Below are positions 21,906 through 32,460 of a stretch of 64,000 nucleotides of DNA, in pieces (position 1 is the first letter of the stretch; each line of letters opens with the position of its first letter). Location of the stretch: contig JAHEQB010000080.1 in NCBI GenBank assembly GCA_019561555.1, forward strand, positions 18,399 to 82,398, read 5' to 3'. The DNA is from Methanothermococcus sp. SCGC AD-155-C09 (lineage in GTDB: Archaea > AGJL01 > Methanococci > Methanococcales > Methanococcaceae). The notes below the pieces were generated by a model that was given only the letters and a program-made list of their open reading frames with translations, was not told where the DNA came from and did no database searches. The position numbers and the translations under genes are program-made.

Positions 21906-21950
21906 TATAGTTAGGTACATAATACCTTAAACTTATTTCTAAGATCTTTA
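21906..21950 (-). mobile_element. Solo IS630 right end
   Basis: TATAGTTAGGTACATAATACCTTAAACTTAT resembles the reverse complement of 42765-42798. Confidence 0.5.
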
Positions 21951-21983
21951 AAAAAATAATATATTTTTATTAACATTTTAAAG

Positions 21984-22844
21984 TTAGAATTTTTTAACCC
22001 TCTCCTTACTAAAATAGGACACTATATCCTTTTCAGTTATTATACCTTTTAATTTATTATCCTCCCCTACAACTGGAAGGGCTCCAATATCATTATTAAT
22101 CATTACCTCTGCAGTGCTACGAAGTGAATCATCGGGATTAACCATTAATATATCTTTTTCCATAATATCGCTAACTCTAACATTTGTTATTTCCCTAACA
22201 TTGCCAGTGGTCATATGGTTAAATGCCCAATCGCTACCCAATATTCTTATAAAGTCTGTGGAGGTCACCATACCTACTAATTTACCTTCGGACAATACAG
22301 GAAGTCTTCTAAATCCATTTCTAAGCATGGTTCTTGCAACATCCTTTAATCTCTCTCCAGGAGTGGCCACAATAGGATCCTGAGTCATATACTTATCAAC
22401 AGTTTCAGACTCCTCTATATCCTCTTTTAAATGGGATATAACATCCCTTTCAGTTATTATGGAGAGCAATACATACTCCCTATCTACAACAGGTGCCCCT
22501 CCAATATTCTTTTCTAAAAATATATCAATTAACTCATTTAATGAGATACTTTCACTTACACATATTGGGTTATAGGTCATTATTTCCTTCACTGGCTCAT
22601 TTATTGCTGCCAAAAGATTGTGGTTATGCCTGGATTTTACAAGATTATACTTTGGCCCCCCTCCTATAAAATCCATGATGTCCATGGAGGTCACAACACC
22701 CACAACCTTATTTGTACCTGCATCTACCACAGGAATCCTCCTTGTTTTACTGTTGTTCATTGTAGTTAGAGCATCTCTAATGGTTGTAGTGGGATATATC
22801 TTAACAACCTCTTTTTTTTCCCTTACTATGTTGTATATCTTCAA
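21984..22844 (-). CDS. Four-CBS-domain protein
   Basis: Four CBS motifs (RRIPVV, GGAPVV, RRLPV, GALPVV). Confidence 0.9.
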   Translation of the reverse strand: MKIYNIVREKKEVVKIYPTTTIRDALTTMNNSKTRRIPVVDAGTNKVVGVVTSMDIMDFIGGGPKYNLVKSRHNHNLLAAINEPVKEIMTYNPICVSESISLNELIDIFLEKNIGGAPVVDREYVLLSIITERDVISHLKEDIEESETVDKYMTQDPIVATPGERLKDVARTMLRNGFRRLPVLSEGKLVGMVTSTDFIRILGSDWAFNHMTTGNVREITNVRVSDIMEKDILMVNPDDSLRSTAEVMINNDIGALPVVGEDNKLKGIITEKDIVSYFSKERVKKF

Positions 22845-22913
22845 AGGTATCCCTCTTTAAATTTTTATATGTAAATTCCCATTAGGATATATTGTATTTA
22901 TTGTGTTTGTATA

Positions 22914-23477
22914 TTAAATGTCATCCTCATCTATGCAATTATCGCATACATATTTTCCATCTATGTATCTAACCCTTCCCTGACTTCCACAGGTCTCACA
23001 TATTCCATATAAGTATTCATAATCCATAGGATAATCCATATAATCCTCATCCCCTTTAATACTGGAGGCCTCCATCATTATATCAAATAATTTAGGGGAT
23101 ATGGTGACTATATCACTAACTGTGATTATGCCCAACAATTCATCATTTTCAATTACTGGGAGTCTTTTAATATTTTTTTTGGCCATTAACTTTGCAGCAT
23201 CCATAATTGTGGCCTTTGGGGATATCGATATTAGTTTAGGGGATACTATATCCTTAATTAAAACTTCCTTTGATTTTAAATTTCTTGCAACAATTTTTAA
23301 AACAAGATCCTTTTCAGTGATCAATCCCACAGGTTTCATTGAATCATCTGCCACAACCACTACGCAACCTATTTTTTTTGTTTTTAATATATTTGCAGCA
23401 TCATAGGCAGTAGCATCCAACTTTACCGTTTCCACGGGAGTGCTCATAACCTCACTTACACCAATGTTAAATTCCAT
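22914..23477 (-). CDS. CBS-pair protein with C-terminal zinc ribbon
   Basis: Two CBS domains plus CETC..CDNC. Confidence 0.88.
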   Translation of the reverse strand: MEFNIGVSEVMSTPVETVKLDATAYDAANILKTKKIGCVVVVADDSMKPVGLITEKDLVLKIVARNLKSKEVLIKDIVSPKLISISPKATIMDAAKLMAKKNIKRLPVIENDELLGIITVSDIVTISPKLFDIMMEASSIKGDEDYMDYPMDYEYLYGICETCGSQGRVRYIDGKYVCDNCIDEDDI

Positions 23478-23598
23478 AATATCACCAAAAAAATTAGAAG
23501 GTATAAAATATTAAATTAAATTTTTTATATTTTTAAATTAAATATAATTAAAATTTATAATTATTAATAATTATTTATTTTTATATATTTATTAATTT

Positions 23599-24111
23599 TC
23601 ATTTATTTTCATTATCTAAGGAAATTCGATAGGTTGCCCCTTGCCCTAAACCTTCATAGAGTGTAATCTCAATACAATTGATATTATAATCTATATTTAA
23701 ATTAGATAGTTCCTTCTTTACAAGTTCTGCAATATATATGGAGAGCTCCTCTGCAGTGGTTCCCTTTAATGGCAAAAGTAATATATCCTCCAGTGGGATT
23801 TTATATTCCTTTTTACTATCTTTATTACAGAATGTATAAATTATATGGTTGTTTGTAATACTATACTTTAAATTAGAATGATTCTCAGGTATTAGCAATT
23901 TATGGTCCAATGTTTTACATATTTTCTTTACTATTTTTTTTAATATTTTAAAATCCAAAATAAACCCAAAATCACCAGATGGCTCTCCATACAGTTTAAC
24001 ATCCACATAGTAGGTATGGCCATGAATAACCCCACAGGAATCATGTCCAAATACCACATGGGCAGATGAAAATTTTAATCCAGTATATAATCCCTTTAAT
24101 TCCAAAGTCAT
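23599..24111 (-). CDS. queD: 6-pyruvoyl/6-carboxy-tetrahydropterin synthase (QueD family)
   Basis: FSSAH, CGVIHGHTY, DF, TTAEE. Confidence 0.8.
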   Translation of the reverse strand: MTLELKGLYTGLKFSSAHVVFGHDSCGVIHGHTYYVDVKLYGEPSGDFGFILDFKILKKIVKKICKTLDHKLLIPENHSNLKYSITNNHIIYTFCNKDSKKEYKIPLEDILLLPLKGTTAEELSIYIAELVKKELSNLNIDYNINCIEITLYEGLGQGATYRISLDNENK

Positions 24112-24244
24112 TTTTTCCCTATATGTTTTATAATTTTTTATATTTATACAGTATGTAATAAATTGATTATAAAAAGGTAATATAAGTATTATTTAATTAT
24201 TTTATTTATGTCTTATTTTAAATAATTTATAGAATATTATAATA

Positions 24245-24432
24245 GACACTGTCAAGATAAGATATATACTTAAAGTATATATCTAATAGTAGTAATATAA
24301 TATAACCTATGAGATCACAATTAGAATATTTGTTACATGAAGTAAAAATTAGAAAAATCTAAGAGAAATAAAAAAGATATTAAATTAAAAGTGCTTACAG
24401 CATTTTTGACAATTTATTAACTTGACAGTGCC
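24245..24432 (+). mobile_element. IS6-family MITE (internal deletion)
   Basis: TIRs GACACTGTCAAGATAA / TTAACTTGACAGTGCC (IS26-like GGCACTGT end); retains MRSQLEYLLHEVKIRKI, a transposase-like start. Confidence 0.7.
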
Positions 24433-24526
24433 TATATTATTACTAAAAAATAATTTTATATATTATTAAAAAATAATAAATTATTTTACTGTATTTAAAA
24501 ATATATAATAAATAAGGGTATTTCTT

Positions 24527-26110
24527 ATGAGAATAATATTGTTCCTTATATTTTTAACAATGTTAACTATTACTACTGCCGAAATATATCAGTATGATGA
24601 TGTTGTATTCTATCCCAATGGTTCCCAATATATCAATATATCTAAATTATATGTTGATATAGATGATTTAAAAAACATATCTAATGAGGATATGCTTCAA
24701 GTATATATAATTTATAAAAATCAAAGTTTTTTAATTCCTCAATTAAAAAATAATATAACCTTTGATCTACCTGTTGAGGAAGTAGATCTATATATAAATA
24801 TATCTGCCACCAAGGAGAGTGCAAACACTTGGAAAGTAACTTATACCATTGAAAATAAATATAATACAAGAGTTCCCATTAATATATCTTTTCCCACAGG
24901 CTATAGCCTAAGTAATACTTCCATTGTAGTTTCAGGGAATAATTCATCTTCTGTATTTCTATATAAAAATTCTCCATTAAATACCCTATATTTTGGAGAT
25001 AGTAATATAAGTTATAGAATACCCTCAAAAATAGATGTGATCTACACCCCCATAATACCCATATCTATAGAAAAATCCAATAGAATACTAAACAACAACT
25101 CTATTGAATGGACTGCAAATTACTCCATATACAATAATAAAAATATATTTATAATGGCCAATATTTCATTATGGGCAGATGTTGGAAATATTACTATAGA
25201 TTTAGGAAATATCCCCAATGTCAATTTAACCCCAAATTCTACATACAGTACAGTTCATAAAATCCATTCAGATGAAGTACCAGTATTTTATATTAAGTTG
25301 TATGCTTGGAATAAAACCCAAAAGAATATTGTAATATTACCTGCATTAAGGGTGAATAGTTCCTATATAATAGACATATCAAAGGTTAAAGGGCGTAATT
25401 TTTCCTATAAGCCACCTGTATCAGATGAATCAGATGGGGATGAAGAGGAAGAACCTATAGAGGAATCTATTTCAGAAGAAGAGGAACCCATCTCTGAGGA
25501 AGAGGAGCCTGTAGAAGAACCTACATCAAGTGAAGAGCCTACAGAGGAACCTACATCAGAGGAAGAACCTACATCAAGTGAAGAGCCTACAGAGGAACCT
25601 ACATCAGAGGAAGAAGAACCTGTAGAAGAACCTACCTCAGATGAAGAGCCTACAGAGGAACCTACATCAGGAGAAGAAGAGGGTGAATCCTATTATATAT
25701 TAGGTATAGAAATAAAAAAATTGAGCAATCCAAAGGATATTGCAATATTCTCCTTATCCATTTTTACCTTAAATTTAATAATAATTCCACTATTCCCATT
25801 GTATTTACCTCCTAATATACTTGATAATATTTATTCCCTATTGAATACCTATGGATCTATTAGAAGAGTGTATTTCCCAGATGGTATAAGGTTAGAGGGA
25901 CCCCTACCATTAAATATCTTTGTTGTTCATCCCAATGATCATTTAGTATCCCTAATTAGTAGATCTTTCAATATACCTCTAAATTCAGCAAAGGCATTAG
26001 CCATGGCCATAGAACATGGGGGGATATTAAAGACCACAGATAAAAAAACATACGAGATTGCCTTAAAAATAGGTATTAATGCAGAATTTATTAAGATATG
26101 TGATATATAA
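24527..26110 (+). CDS. Secreted single-pass membrane protein with acidic repeat linker and PIN-like C-terminal domain
   Basis: Signal peptide, N-glycosylation sequons, EEPTS repeats, TM IAIFSLSIFTLNLIIIPLF, C-terminal ALAMAIEHGGILKTTD. Confidence 0.75.
   Translation: MRIILFLIFLTMLTITTAEIYQYDDVVFYPNGSQYINISKLYVDIDDLKNISNEDMLQVYIIYKNQSFLIPQLKNNITFDLPVEEVDLYINISATKESANTWKVTYTIENKYNTRVPINISFPTGYSLSNTSIVVSGNNSSSVFLYKNSPLNTLYFGDSNISYRIPSKIDVIYTPIIPISIEKSNRILNNNSIEWTANYSIYNNKNIFIMANISLWADVGNITIDLGNIPNVNLTPNSTYSTVHKIHSDEVPVFYIKLYAWNKTQKNIVILPALRVNSSYIIDISKVKGRNFSYKPPVSDESDGDEEEEPIEESISEEEEPISEEEEPVEEPTSSEEPTEEPTSEEEPTSSEEPTEEPTSEEEEPVEEPTSDEEPTEEPTSGEEEGESYYILGIEIKKLSNPKDIAIFSLSIFTLNLIIIPLFPLYLPPNILDNIYSLLNTYGSIRRVYFPDGIRLEGPLPLNIFVVHPNDHLVSLISRSFNIPLNSAKALAMAIEHGGILKTTDKKTYEIALKIGINAEFIKICDI
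25514..25672 (+). repeat. Coding tandem repeat, 48-bp unit (EEPTSSEEPTEEPTSE)
   Basis: Identical units 25514-25561 and 25562-25609; variant 25625-25672. Confidence 0.9.
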
Positions 26111-26126
26111 GTAATTGGTGAAAAAT

Positions 26127-26480
26127 ATGGATAAAAAATTTTTTAAAAAAATTAATAAAAAAGAAAAAAATTACTACTATGTATTAAAACAGAATAAATT
26201 TGAAGTAATGAAAAGTATTGAGAAGTTACAAAAAAATATTGAAGAAATTAAATTATTAAAAAAACTTAGTGAGACCTATAAAATTAGAAGGAGAAGAAAT
26301 ATATTGGCAGTGATTTTTTTGTCCTCCTTTATACTATGTTTTAATATCTCACTGTTTATAATTACCAAGGTTATCCTGTTGGATCCCACTTATGCAATTG
26401 TATCAGCATTATTTGGAGTACTATTTTTAGCCATAGGAATCTATTTAATTTTGGATAATCCTCCTATTTATGTGGAATGA
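26127..26480 (+). CDS. Small membrane protein (basic coiled coil plus two TM helices)
   Basis: ATG after GGTGA SD; two hydrophobic segments. Confidence 0.75.
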   Translation: MDKKFFKKINKKEKNYYYVLKQNKFEVMKSIEKLQKNIEEIKLLKKLSETYKIRRRRNILAVIFLSSFILCFNISLFIITKVILLDPTYAIVSALFGVLFLAIGIYLILDNPPIYVE

Positions 26481-26559
26481 TGATTAAACAATATTTTAAA
26501 TTAAATATTATGTAAATAATAAATAAAAATAATAAAGAGGATTAAAATACTAAAAGAAA

Positions 26560-26830
26560 GAATAATAATAAAAATAAATATAGTAAATTTAAGTCCTTAC
26601 TTTATTTGAGTATAATTTTCATAATATATATCCTTTTAAAGAAATTCTCCCTGCTTTTTTAGTACTTAGAGTATTAAGAAGGACAATACAGGACTTTTAC
26701 TTTTTATATATTGCTCTTTTAGGTATTTTAAAATCTTAGATTTTTCTATATCTTAATTATTCTTTATTTTTTTGTTTTTTAATTATTTTATTTCTTTAAG
26801 ATTTAGTATAAATGGTTTTTTAGAACTATA
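26560..26830 (-). mobile_element. IS630-derived MITE, family B (decayed)
   Basis: TTTAAGTCCTTAC..TAGTACTTAGAGTA..TTTTAGGTATTTTAAAATCTTAGA; ends GAACTATA. Confidence 0.55.
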
Positions 26831-26931
26831 ATTTTAGTAATTTTATCTATTAACCTATTTTTTTACTTACTTATTAATTTTTATAATTTTTTATTATTTT
26901 TTATATTGTAAAAATTTTAAAACTATAAATT

Positions 26932-29900
26932 CTATCCTCCAAGATTCACTCCTTCCACTGTTGAAATATTTGTCTCTATTGAAATATACTTTGTAATATA
27001 TGGATCAATTTCATAGTATTTAAACCAATAGGTATTCCCATAGGTTCCACTTTCATTGAAATCTCCTGATATATTTAAAACCTCTATGTTATTGGGTTTA
27101 TGCCAATAAACATATAGGTTATTAGAAGGCCTATATGGGGTAACGTAAATTCCATAGTTATTTGGAGTCATCCTTAGGTAGATGGATACATTATGATAAT
27201 ACCTTACTAAGAGGGAGCAATTTTGGGTATATAGGACCCCATTTGATTCTATGGCAGTAATTGTTATGTTATATACTCCTGGATCTGGGAGATAGAAAGA
27301 GTAGTTGTATAACTTCCAAAGTTGAGGGGTGTTGCTATCTATATCCTCTAAGTACATGGATCCATTGTATAGCAGGGTACCATTTGGATAGTATATGGTT
27401 ATATTTGTTCCAGATATGTCATAAGATCCTATAGGATCTGTAACATTTACATAGATTGTTGCATTATCTCCTTGATAATATGTACTCTTATCAAAATAGT
27501 AATTCTGAACCTTGACATATGTTGTTGTACTTACTGTTATATTTGAGGGATGATTAACATCGTGATAAACCCTAAGAGGGTTTGTTGTTTGGGAGTTACC
27601 TATTCTTAGTACTAAATAGTAGTTCCTTGGAATAGTTATTGGGGAATCAAGATTAATGTTAAAGGTGTATAGATCCACTGAATCAGATAGGGAGAGGGTC
27701 TCAATTTTAGAGTCAATATCTATGACAGAAATTCCATCTGTGGCATAGAGGGATATCCCTACAGTATGGTCATTTGAGATAAAAGCATCTGGATCACTTA
27801 AATAAAGTCCTATGGAGATATTGCCATATAGTATAAAGTCATCTGAAAACCTTGGAGATTGTGCCCAGGATAGGAATTCGTTATCTCCTATCTCTGTATA
27901 GTTGCTATTTTCCATAGGATGGGTGGTATTTAATGTCCTATTACTATCACCATGTAGATAAAAGGTCTTATGCACTGTTGGAGGTAGAGGGGTGGAGGTC
28001 TTAAAGGTTGCAGAATCCCTTATGGAGTATATATTAATATTAATAAACTCAAGTGTTGTAGTGTCAGTGATTCCAAGGGGTGTTGTTGAAGGTATCTCCT
28101 TTACAACAGTGATATTTTTTACTCCATTAACATAGATCTCAGGAAGGCCATTGGAGTTACTATCATTTAGTATATAGTCCCATATACCATCACCGTTGTT
28201 ATCCCCTCCAATTAATATTCCTCCATCATATAGATAAGTTGGCCAACTTTTTGTTGAATTTGTAATATTTATATCAAAGTAGTACTCACTTCCATAGTTG
28301 TAGAGGGTTAGGTTATAATATACACTATCTCCAGGATTGGATGTATTACTCTGGATATGGGGATCTACAGAGAATGGATTTATGTAGATTATAATACTCT
28401 TTTCATCATTTGAGGTGTTCTGATCATTGGGAAGGTTTGTCTTTACTGTTATGTTATATATACCATGGGGCATATTTGATATATTCAGTGGGAAAATAAC
28501 CTCCTTTTCCTCTTCATAGGGTACAAATAGACTGATAAAGGTGTAATTACTATAACTGTATGTTCCTCCAACTTCTCTAACTTCCATACTTACATTTAAG
28601 TTTTCCACATCTACAATTCCATATAGGGCTATGGTGGAATTAACATATATTATGGAATGTACATTGGGATTAAATACCTCCTCATTGTATGGGTAGTTTA
28701 TATTTTTTACTCCAGTATCATAGAGTTGATTTAATCCCATGTTTATCTGATCCATCATATCTGTGTAATTAAATCCTAAGCCCCATACAATGGGAACAAC
28801 CCATGTATCACCAGGATATAATATAAATCTATACCAGGAGAGAGCCGTTGCTGCATCCGTATAAAAATATGAACTGTTGCTCAAACTGTCACTTCTTATA
28901 GCATTCCACATATTCGTATAATAATTTACCTCATGCTCATGACTTTGAAGTATGGATTTGTATCCTCCGTAGGTAATAGCCCCAGCTGGGGCATTAATAT
29001 CGCGGCCATAGACAACATCGTAATTACTGTTGTAACTACAATTATCCCACCAATGATTTCCATTGAAGTTCCAATCCATACCTTGGAAAAACTTTAAATT
29101 TCTAAATGTTCTTGTAGTTGGATTTTTTATATAATACACTGTTGCAAACCACCTATAGTTATCCCTTATTATAATCTTCTGAGTTATATTTAACTCTCTG
29201 TTGTTCCAAGGTGCATACATCTTGGTGATAATAAGACTCTCCAATACACCATCTGGAGTCTCATGGTCATAGACATACTCCCTATATGTTTCATCAAGGT
29301 AATATTGTCCTAAAGGGGAGGGATTATTGGACCTATACCCATTCCCAAACTGCCGAAATCCACCCCATAGCGATGATGATCTATACTTTATAGCAATCTT
29401 AGAACCTGCATCCATATCAATATAATTTCCATAATTGTAGTCATCACTCCTTCCAGCATGATCATGATATCTTATAGTACTATCATCATCTCCCTCATTA
29501 TATGGGAAAATTATTGCAGAGATCTGTCCTCCTTCATGATGTTGGGAGTTATTCCTTGCAATCTCTATTGCAAGGGAATTGTAAGGAGCAGGAGGTACTA
29601 AGGAGATGTTGTATCCATAGATGGGATCGTCATAGAAGTATATGGTATTGTTCTCAATGTAGTACATTATGTCTCCATTTAATTCCCCTGTTTCTCTATC
29701 CACTGAGATATTATTTACTATAATCCTTCCATCATCACCAACAATCTCCTTTATTCTATATCCCTTAGGGATGTTGGCCTTAGCAGAGAACTTATACCAA
29801 ACATTATCCAATTTATTCTCTACTTCCACTCTTAATTTTGTTTCATTTACCTTCACAGTTTTAATAGTGGTATTTAAAACTCCCTCTGGAATATTGAATT

Positions 29901-31266
29901 TTTTTAATAACCTTTTCTTCATAGTACCGTTATATTTATTTAAAGGTATTCTAAATTCATAGAGGGAGGCATTTTCAGTAATACTTTTAGAAATTATGTT
30001 GATGTCGTAGTTATTATTAAACACACCATTGGGCAATGAATCATTACTAATATGACATTTTATGGAATCCTTTAATTTATTCATCACTCCCTTATTAAAT
30101 AGGTATTTTCTACTACCCACTAATTTCACTACAATCTCCCTATTGGAGGGATCATAGGAAACTATAGTTTTAACTTTTTTATCCTTATTACTTATAATAT
30201 CCTTAAAATTAAGTGTCTTGTTAAAATAGTTTGTAGTTTTATTGGTGCTAATGTTGAGTAGTATCTCTCTTCTAATGGTATGGTTAGGATAGTGGGAATA
30301 TACAATTAGGGTGTTATTTAATATAATTGGATAGAGGATATACCTATCCTCTCCTATCCTTTCATACATTACCCTTACAGATAAATTCTTATAGATAACT
30401 TGAAGTTTTCCATTAGTTTTAACTATAACTTTGTAGGATCTCTCTGATTTATTTAGATGGATCTCTAAGTAAGGATCTTTATATTCATCTATTTCCTTAG
30501 AATAATTTAAAAATATACGTTTATGAAGTGTTTTATTGGAGTATATAGCATATATATCAATGGATTTATTCAATACAACTGGCGATAGGATATAGGTATC
30601 ATTCCTTATTTTCATGGTATTTAGTGTTATGTTATCCACATAGACCTTAGGTTCTCCATCTGTTTTGATAATTACCTCATATCCCTTGATACTTATATTT
30701 AGGTATTCTGTGGCGTTGTAGTGTTTTCCCTTGGAAGCATTTATAAGGTAAGAACTGTTTATTTTGGAGGTGTTGGGGGTAGTGTGGTTGTTATAGGACG
30801 TGTTTTGTTTTTTATTTTTTTCGATGGTGTTAGATGTATTGTTTAATATATCTCTTTGATAATTCGATATAGGAGTCCTATTAAGTGATATATTAAGTAC
30901 TGTGAAGTTATTCATAGGGAGAATAGTAAAATTGGATGTATTGATATTTAAAGTGTCATTTAATGTGTTGTTTGTTATATTATGACTTATTTTGGAGGTA
31001 TTAGAGATACTGTAGTTGTTGTAGGAAATGTTTTGTTTTTTATTTTCTTTGGTGGCATTAGGGGTATTATTTATTACATCTCCTTGGTAATCCACTATAG
31101 ACGTTATATTAGGTGATACATTAAGTACTGTGGAGTTATTCGTATAAGGAACAGTAAAATAAGTGTTCTTTGTTATGTTAGACATATTACTGAACATTAC
31201 ACCAGTTGCCAAAGGATTTAAAAGAATAAAAATAGTCAGAGTTAATATGGCATAATAGGTTTTCAT
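26932..31266 (-). CDS. Large secreted Asn/Tyr-rich surface glycoprotein with Ig/CARDB-like domains
   Basis: Signal peptide, many N-x-S/T sequons, DQNTSND, GDNNGDGIWD; start 31266 or 31281. Confidence 0.8.
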   Translation of the reverse strand: MKTYYAILTLTIFILLNPLATGVMFSNMSNITKNTYFTVPYTNNSTVLNVSPNITSIVDYQGDVINNTPNATKENKKQNISYNNYSISNTSKISHNITNNTLNDTLNINTSNFTILPMNNFTVLNISLNRTPISNYQRDILNNTSNTIEKNKKQNTSYNNHTTPNTSKINSSYLINASKGKHYNATEYLNISIKGYEVIIKTDGEPKVYVDNITLNTMKIRNDTYILSPVVLNKSIDIYAIYSNKTLHKRIFLNYSKEIDEYKDPYLEIHLNKSERSYKVIVKTNGKLQVIYKNLSVRVMYERIGEDRYILYPIILNNTLIVYSHYPNHTIRREILLNISTNKTTNYFNKTLNFKDIISNKDKKVKTIVSYDPSNREIVVKLVGSRKYLFNKGVMNKLKDSIKCHISNDSLPNGVFNNNYDINIISKSITENASLYEFRIPLNKYNGTMKKRLLKKFNIPEGVLNTTIKTVKVNETKLRVEVENKLDNVWYKFSAKANIPKGYRIKEIVGDDGRIIVNNISVDRETGELNGDIMYYIENNTIYFYDDPIYGYNISLVPPAPYNSLAIEIARNNSQHHEGGQISAIIFPYNEGDDDSTIRYHDHAGRSDDYNYGNYIDMDAGSKIAIKYRSSSLWGGFRQFGNGYRSNNPSPLGQYYLDETYREYVYDHETPDGVLESLIITKMYAPWNNRELNITQKIIIRDNYRWFATVYYIKNPTTRTFRNLKFFQGMDWNFNGNHWWDNCSYNSNYDVVYGRDINAPAGAITYGGYKSILQSHEHEVNYYTNMWNAIRSDSLSNSSYFYTDAATALSWYRFILYPGDTWVVPIVWGLGFNYTDMMDQINMGLNQLYDTGVKNINYPYNEEVFNPNVHSIIYVNSTIALYGIVDVENLNVSMEVREVGGTYSYSNYTFISLFVPYEEEKEVIFPLNISNMPHGIYNITVKTNLPNDQNTSNDEKSIIIYINPFSVDPHIQSNTSNPGDSVYYNLTLYNYGSEYYFDINITNSTKSWPTYLYDGGILIGGDNNGDGIWDYILNDSNSNGLPEIYVNGVKNITVVKEIPSTTPLGITDTTTLEFININIYSIRDSATFKTSTPLPPTVHKTFYLHGDSNRTLNTTHPMENSNYTEIGDNEFLSWAQSPRFSDDFILYGNISIGLYLSDPDAFISNDHTVGISLYATDGISVIDIDSKIETLSLSDSVDLYTFNINLDSPITIPRNYYLVLRIGNSQTTNPLRVYHDVNHPSNITVSTTTYVKVQNYYFDKSTYYQGDNATIYVNVTDPIGSYDISGTNITIYYPNGTLLYNGSMYLEDIDSNTPQLWKLYNYSFYLPDPGVYNITITAIESNGVLYTQNCSLLVRYYHNVSIYLRMTPNNYGIYVTPYRPSNNLYVYWHKPNNIEVLNISGDFNESGTYGNTYWFKYYEIDPYITKYISIETNISTVEGVNLGG

Positions 31267-31285
31267 AAGGATACCCCCCATTCAA

Positions 31286-32053
31286 TTAAGGGTTATTATT
31301 TTCATTACTATCCTTCTTATTATCGCCATTCTTTTCCTTTCCAAGGGATCTTATTTCTCCATAGATCAATATAATCAATAGTAATGTAAATACAATTAGC
31401 CAGAAGATTATATAACCGTAAGTGGGAAGCCTAGGCAGAGGGATAATTGAAAACTCTGCATTGATCATAAACAAGGTATTCTTAGGTACTTTAAAGTTAT
31501 CCCCTGATGGATTTTGATAGGTTTGACTGTAATCCTTAGTATTAAATCTTACATGTAGGTGATCTATGTTCATACTGCATCCAACTGGTATAGAGAGAGT
31601 TTTAAAGAGAATACCCTCATCTAAAATATTGGCATCATACTCTATGAATATGGAAATATTCCCTCTCTTTTCAATGGGCTCCCAGATCTCATACTTTATA
31701 ATGGAGTAGTTGTTGTGGTACTCCACATAGGTTTTCATAGGTATCTTATTAACTCCATCAAAGGAGTAATATCCCTTTAAATTCTCCACCCTTAGGGGTT
31801 TAACCTCCTTAGTAAAGGGTATAGGTATTATCCATAACTTTTCTGACTCCTGTTTCTGAAGTCTAAACTCCCCTATACCAGGTACAAGGGGATAATTTAC
31901 CATATTTTGAAGGGTTATATTATAGGCAATATGTTGTGGATTTTTATCAACATCCACATTAACAGTATAATTTGATATCTTTATAACCTCCATACCTTGG
32001 ACTTGAAATGCAAATAACATAAAAAATACAATAATTAATAGTTTTTTTAGCAT
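31286..32053 (-). CDS. Secreted protein with C-terminal membrane anchor
   Basis: Signal peptide; IIPLPRLP then TM helix then charged tail. Confidence 0.78.
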   Translation of the reverse strand: MLKKLLIIVFFMLFAFQVQGMEVIKISNYTVNVDVDKNPQHIAYNITLQNMVNYPLVPGIGEFRLQKQESEKLWIIPIPFTKEVKPLRVENLKGYYSFDGVNKIPMKTYVEYHNNYSIIKYEIWEPIEKRGNISIFIEYDANILDEGILFKTLSIPVGCSMNIDHLHVRFNTKDYSQTYQNPSGDNFKVPKNTLFMINAEFSIIPLPRLPTYGYIIFWLIVFTLLLIILIYGEIRSLGKEKNGDNKKDSNENNNP

Positions 32054-32460
32054 AGATGCCTCCCCTCAATGATTTTGTTATTATTTAATTTTTACATTAT
32101 ATACTTTGTTTTATATACGTTGATTTATCTTATTTTTTATTTTATTATGGTATTATACAAATATATGATATTATAAATTTATTTTATAAGAATTTTTAAA
32201 ACTAAATAATATAGATTTTACCATCTCTTAAGTTAATTTTTTTTAATGGGTATATTTAAAAGATAATAAAATCTGTATCTTACTATATTATAGCGATAAT
32301 GTTTTTCTGTTGGATAAGGAGTTTTTTATAATTGTTTAAAAATATATTTTTTATCTTATTTCATATATTCATTTTTTTATTTTTTATATTCAATATCTTT
32401 AATAATTATACTTTAAATATAATATATAATTTTATTCTATTTTTTATTTTTATTATAATA

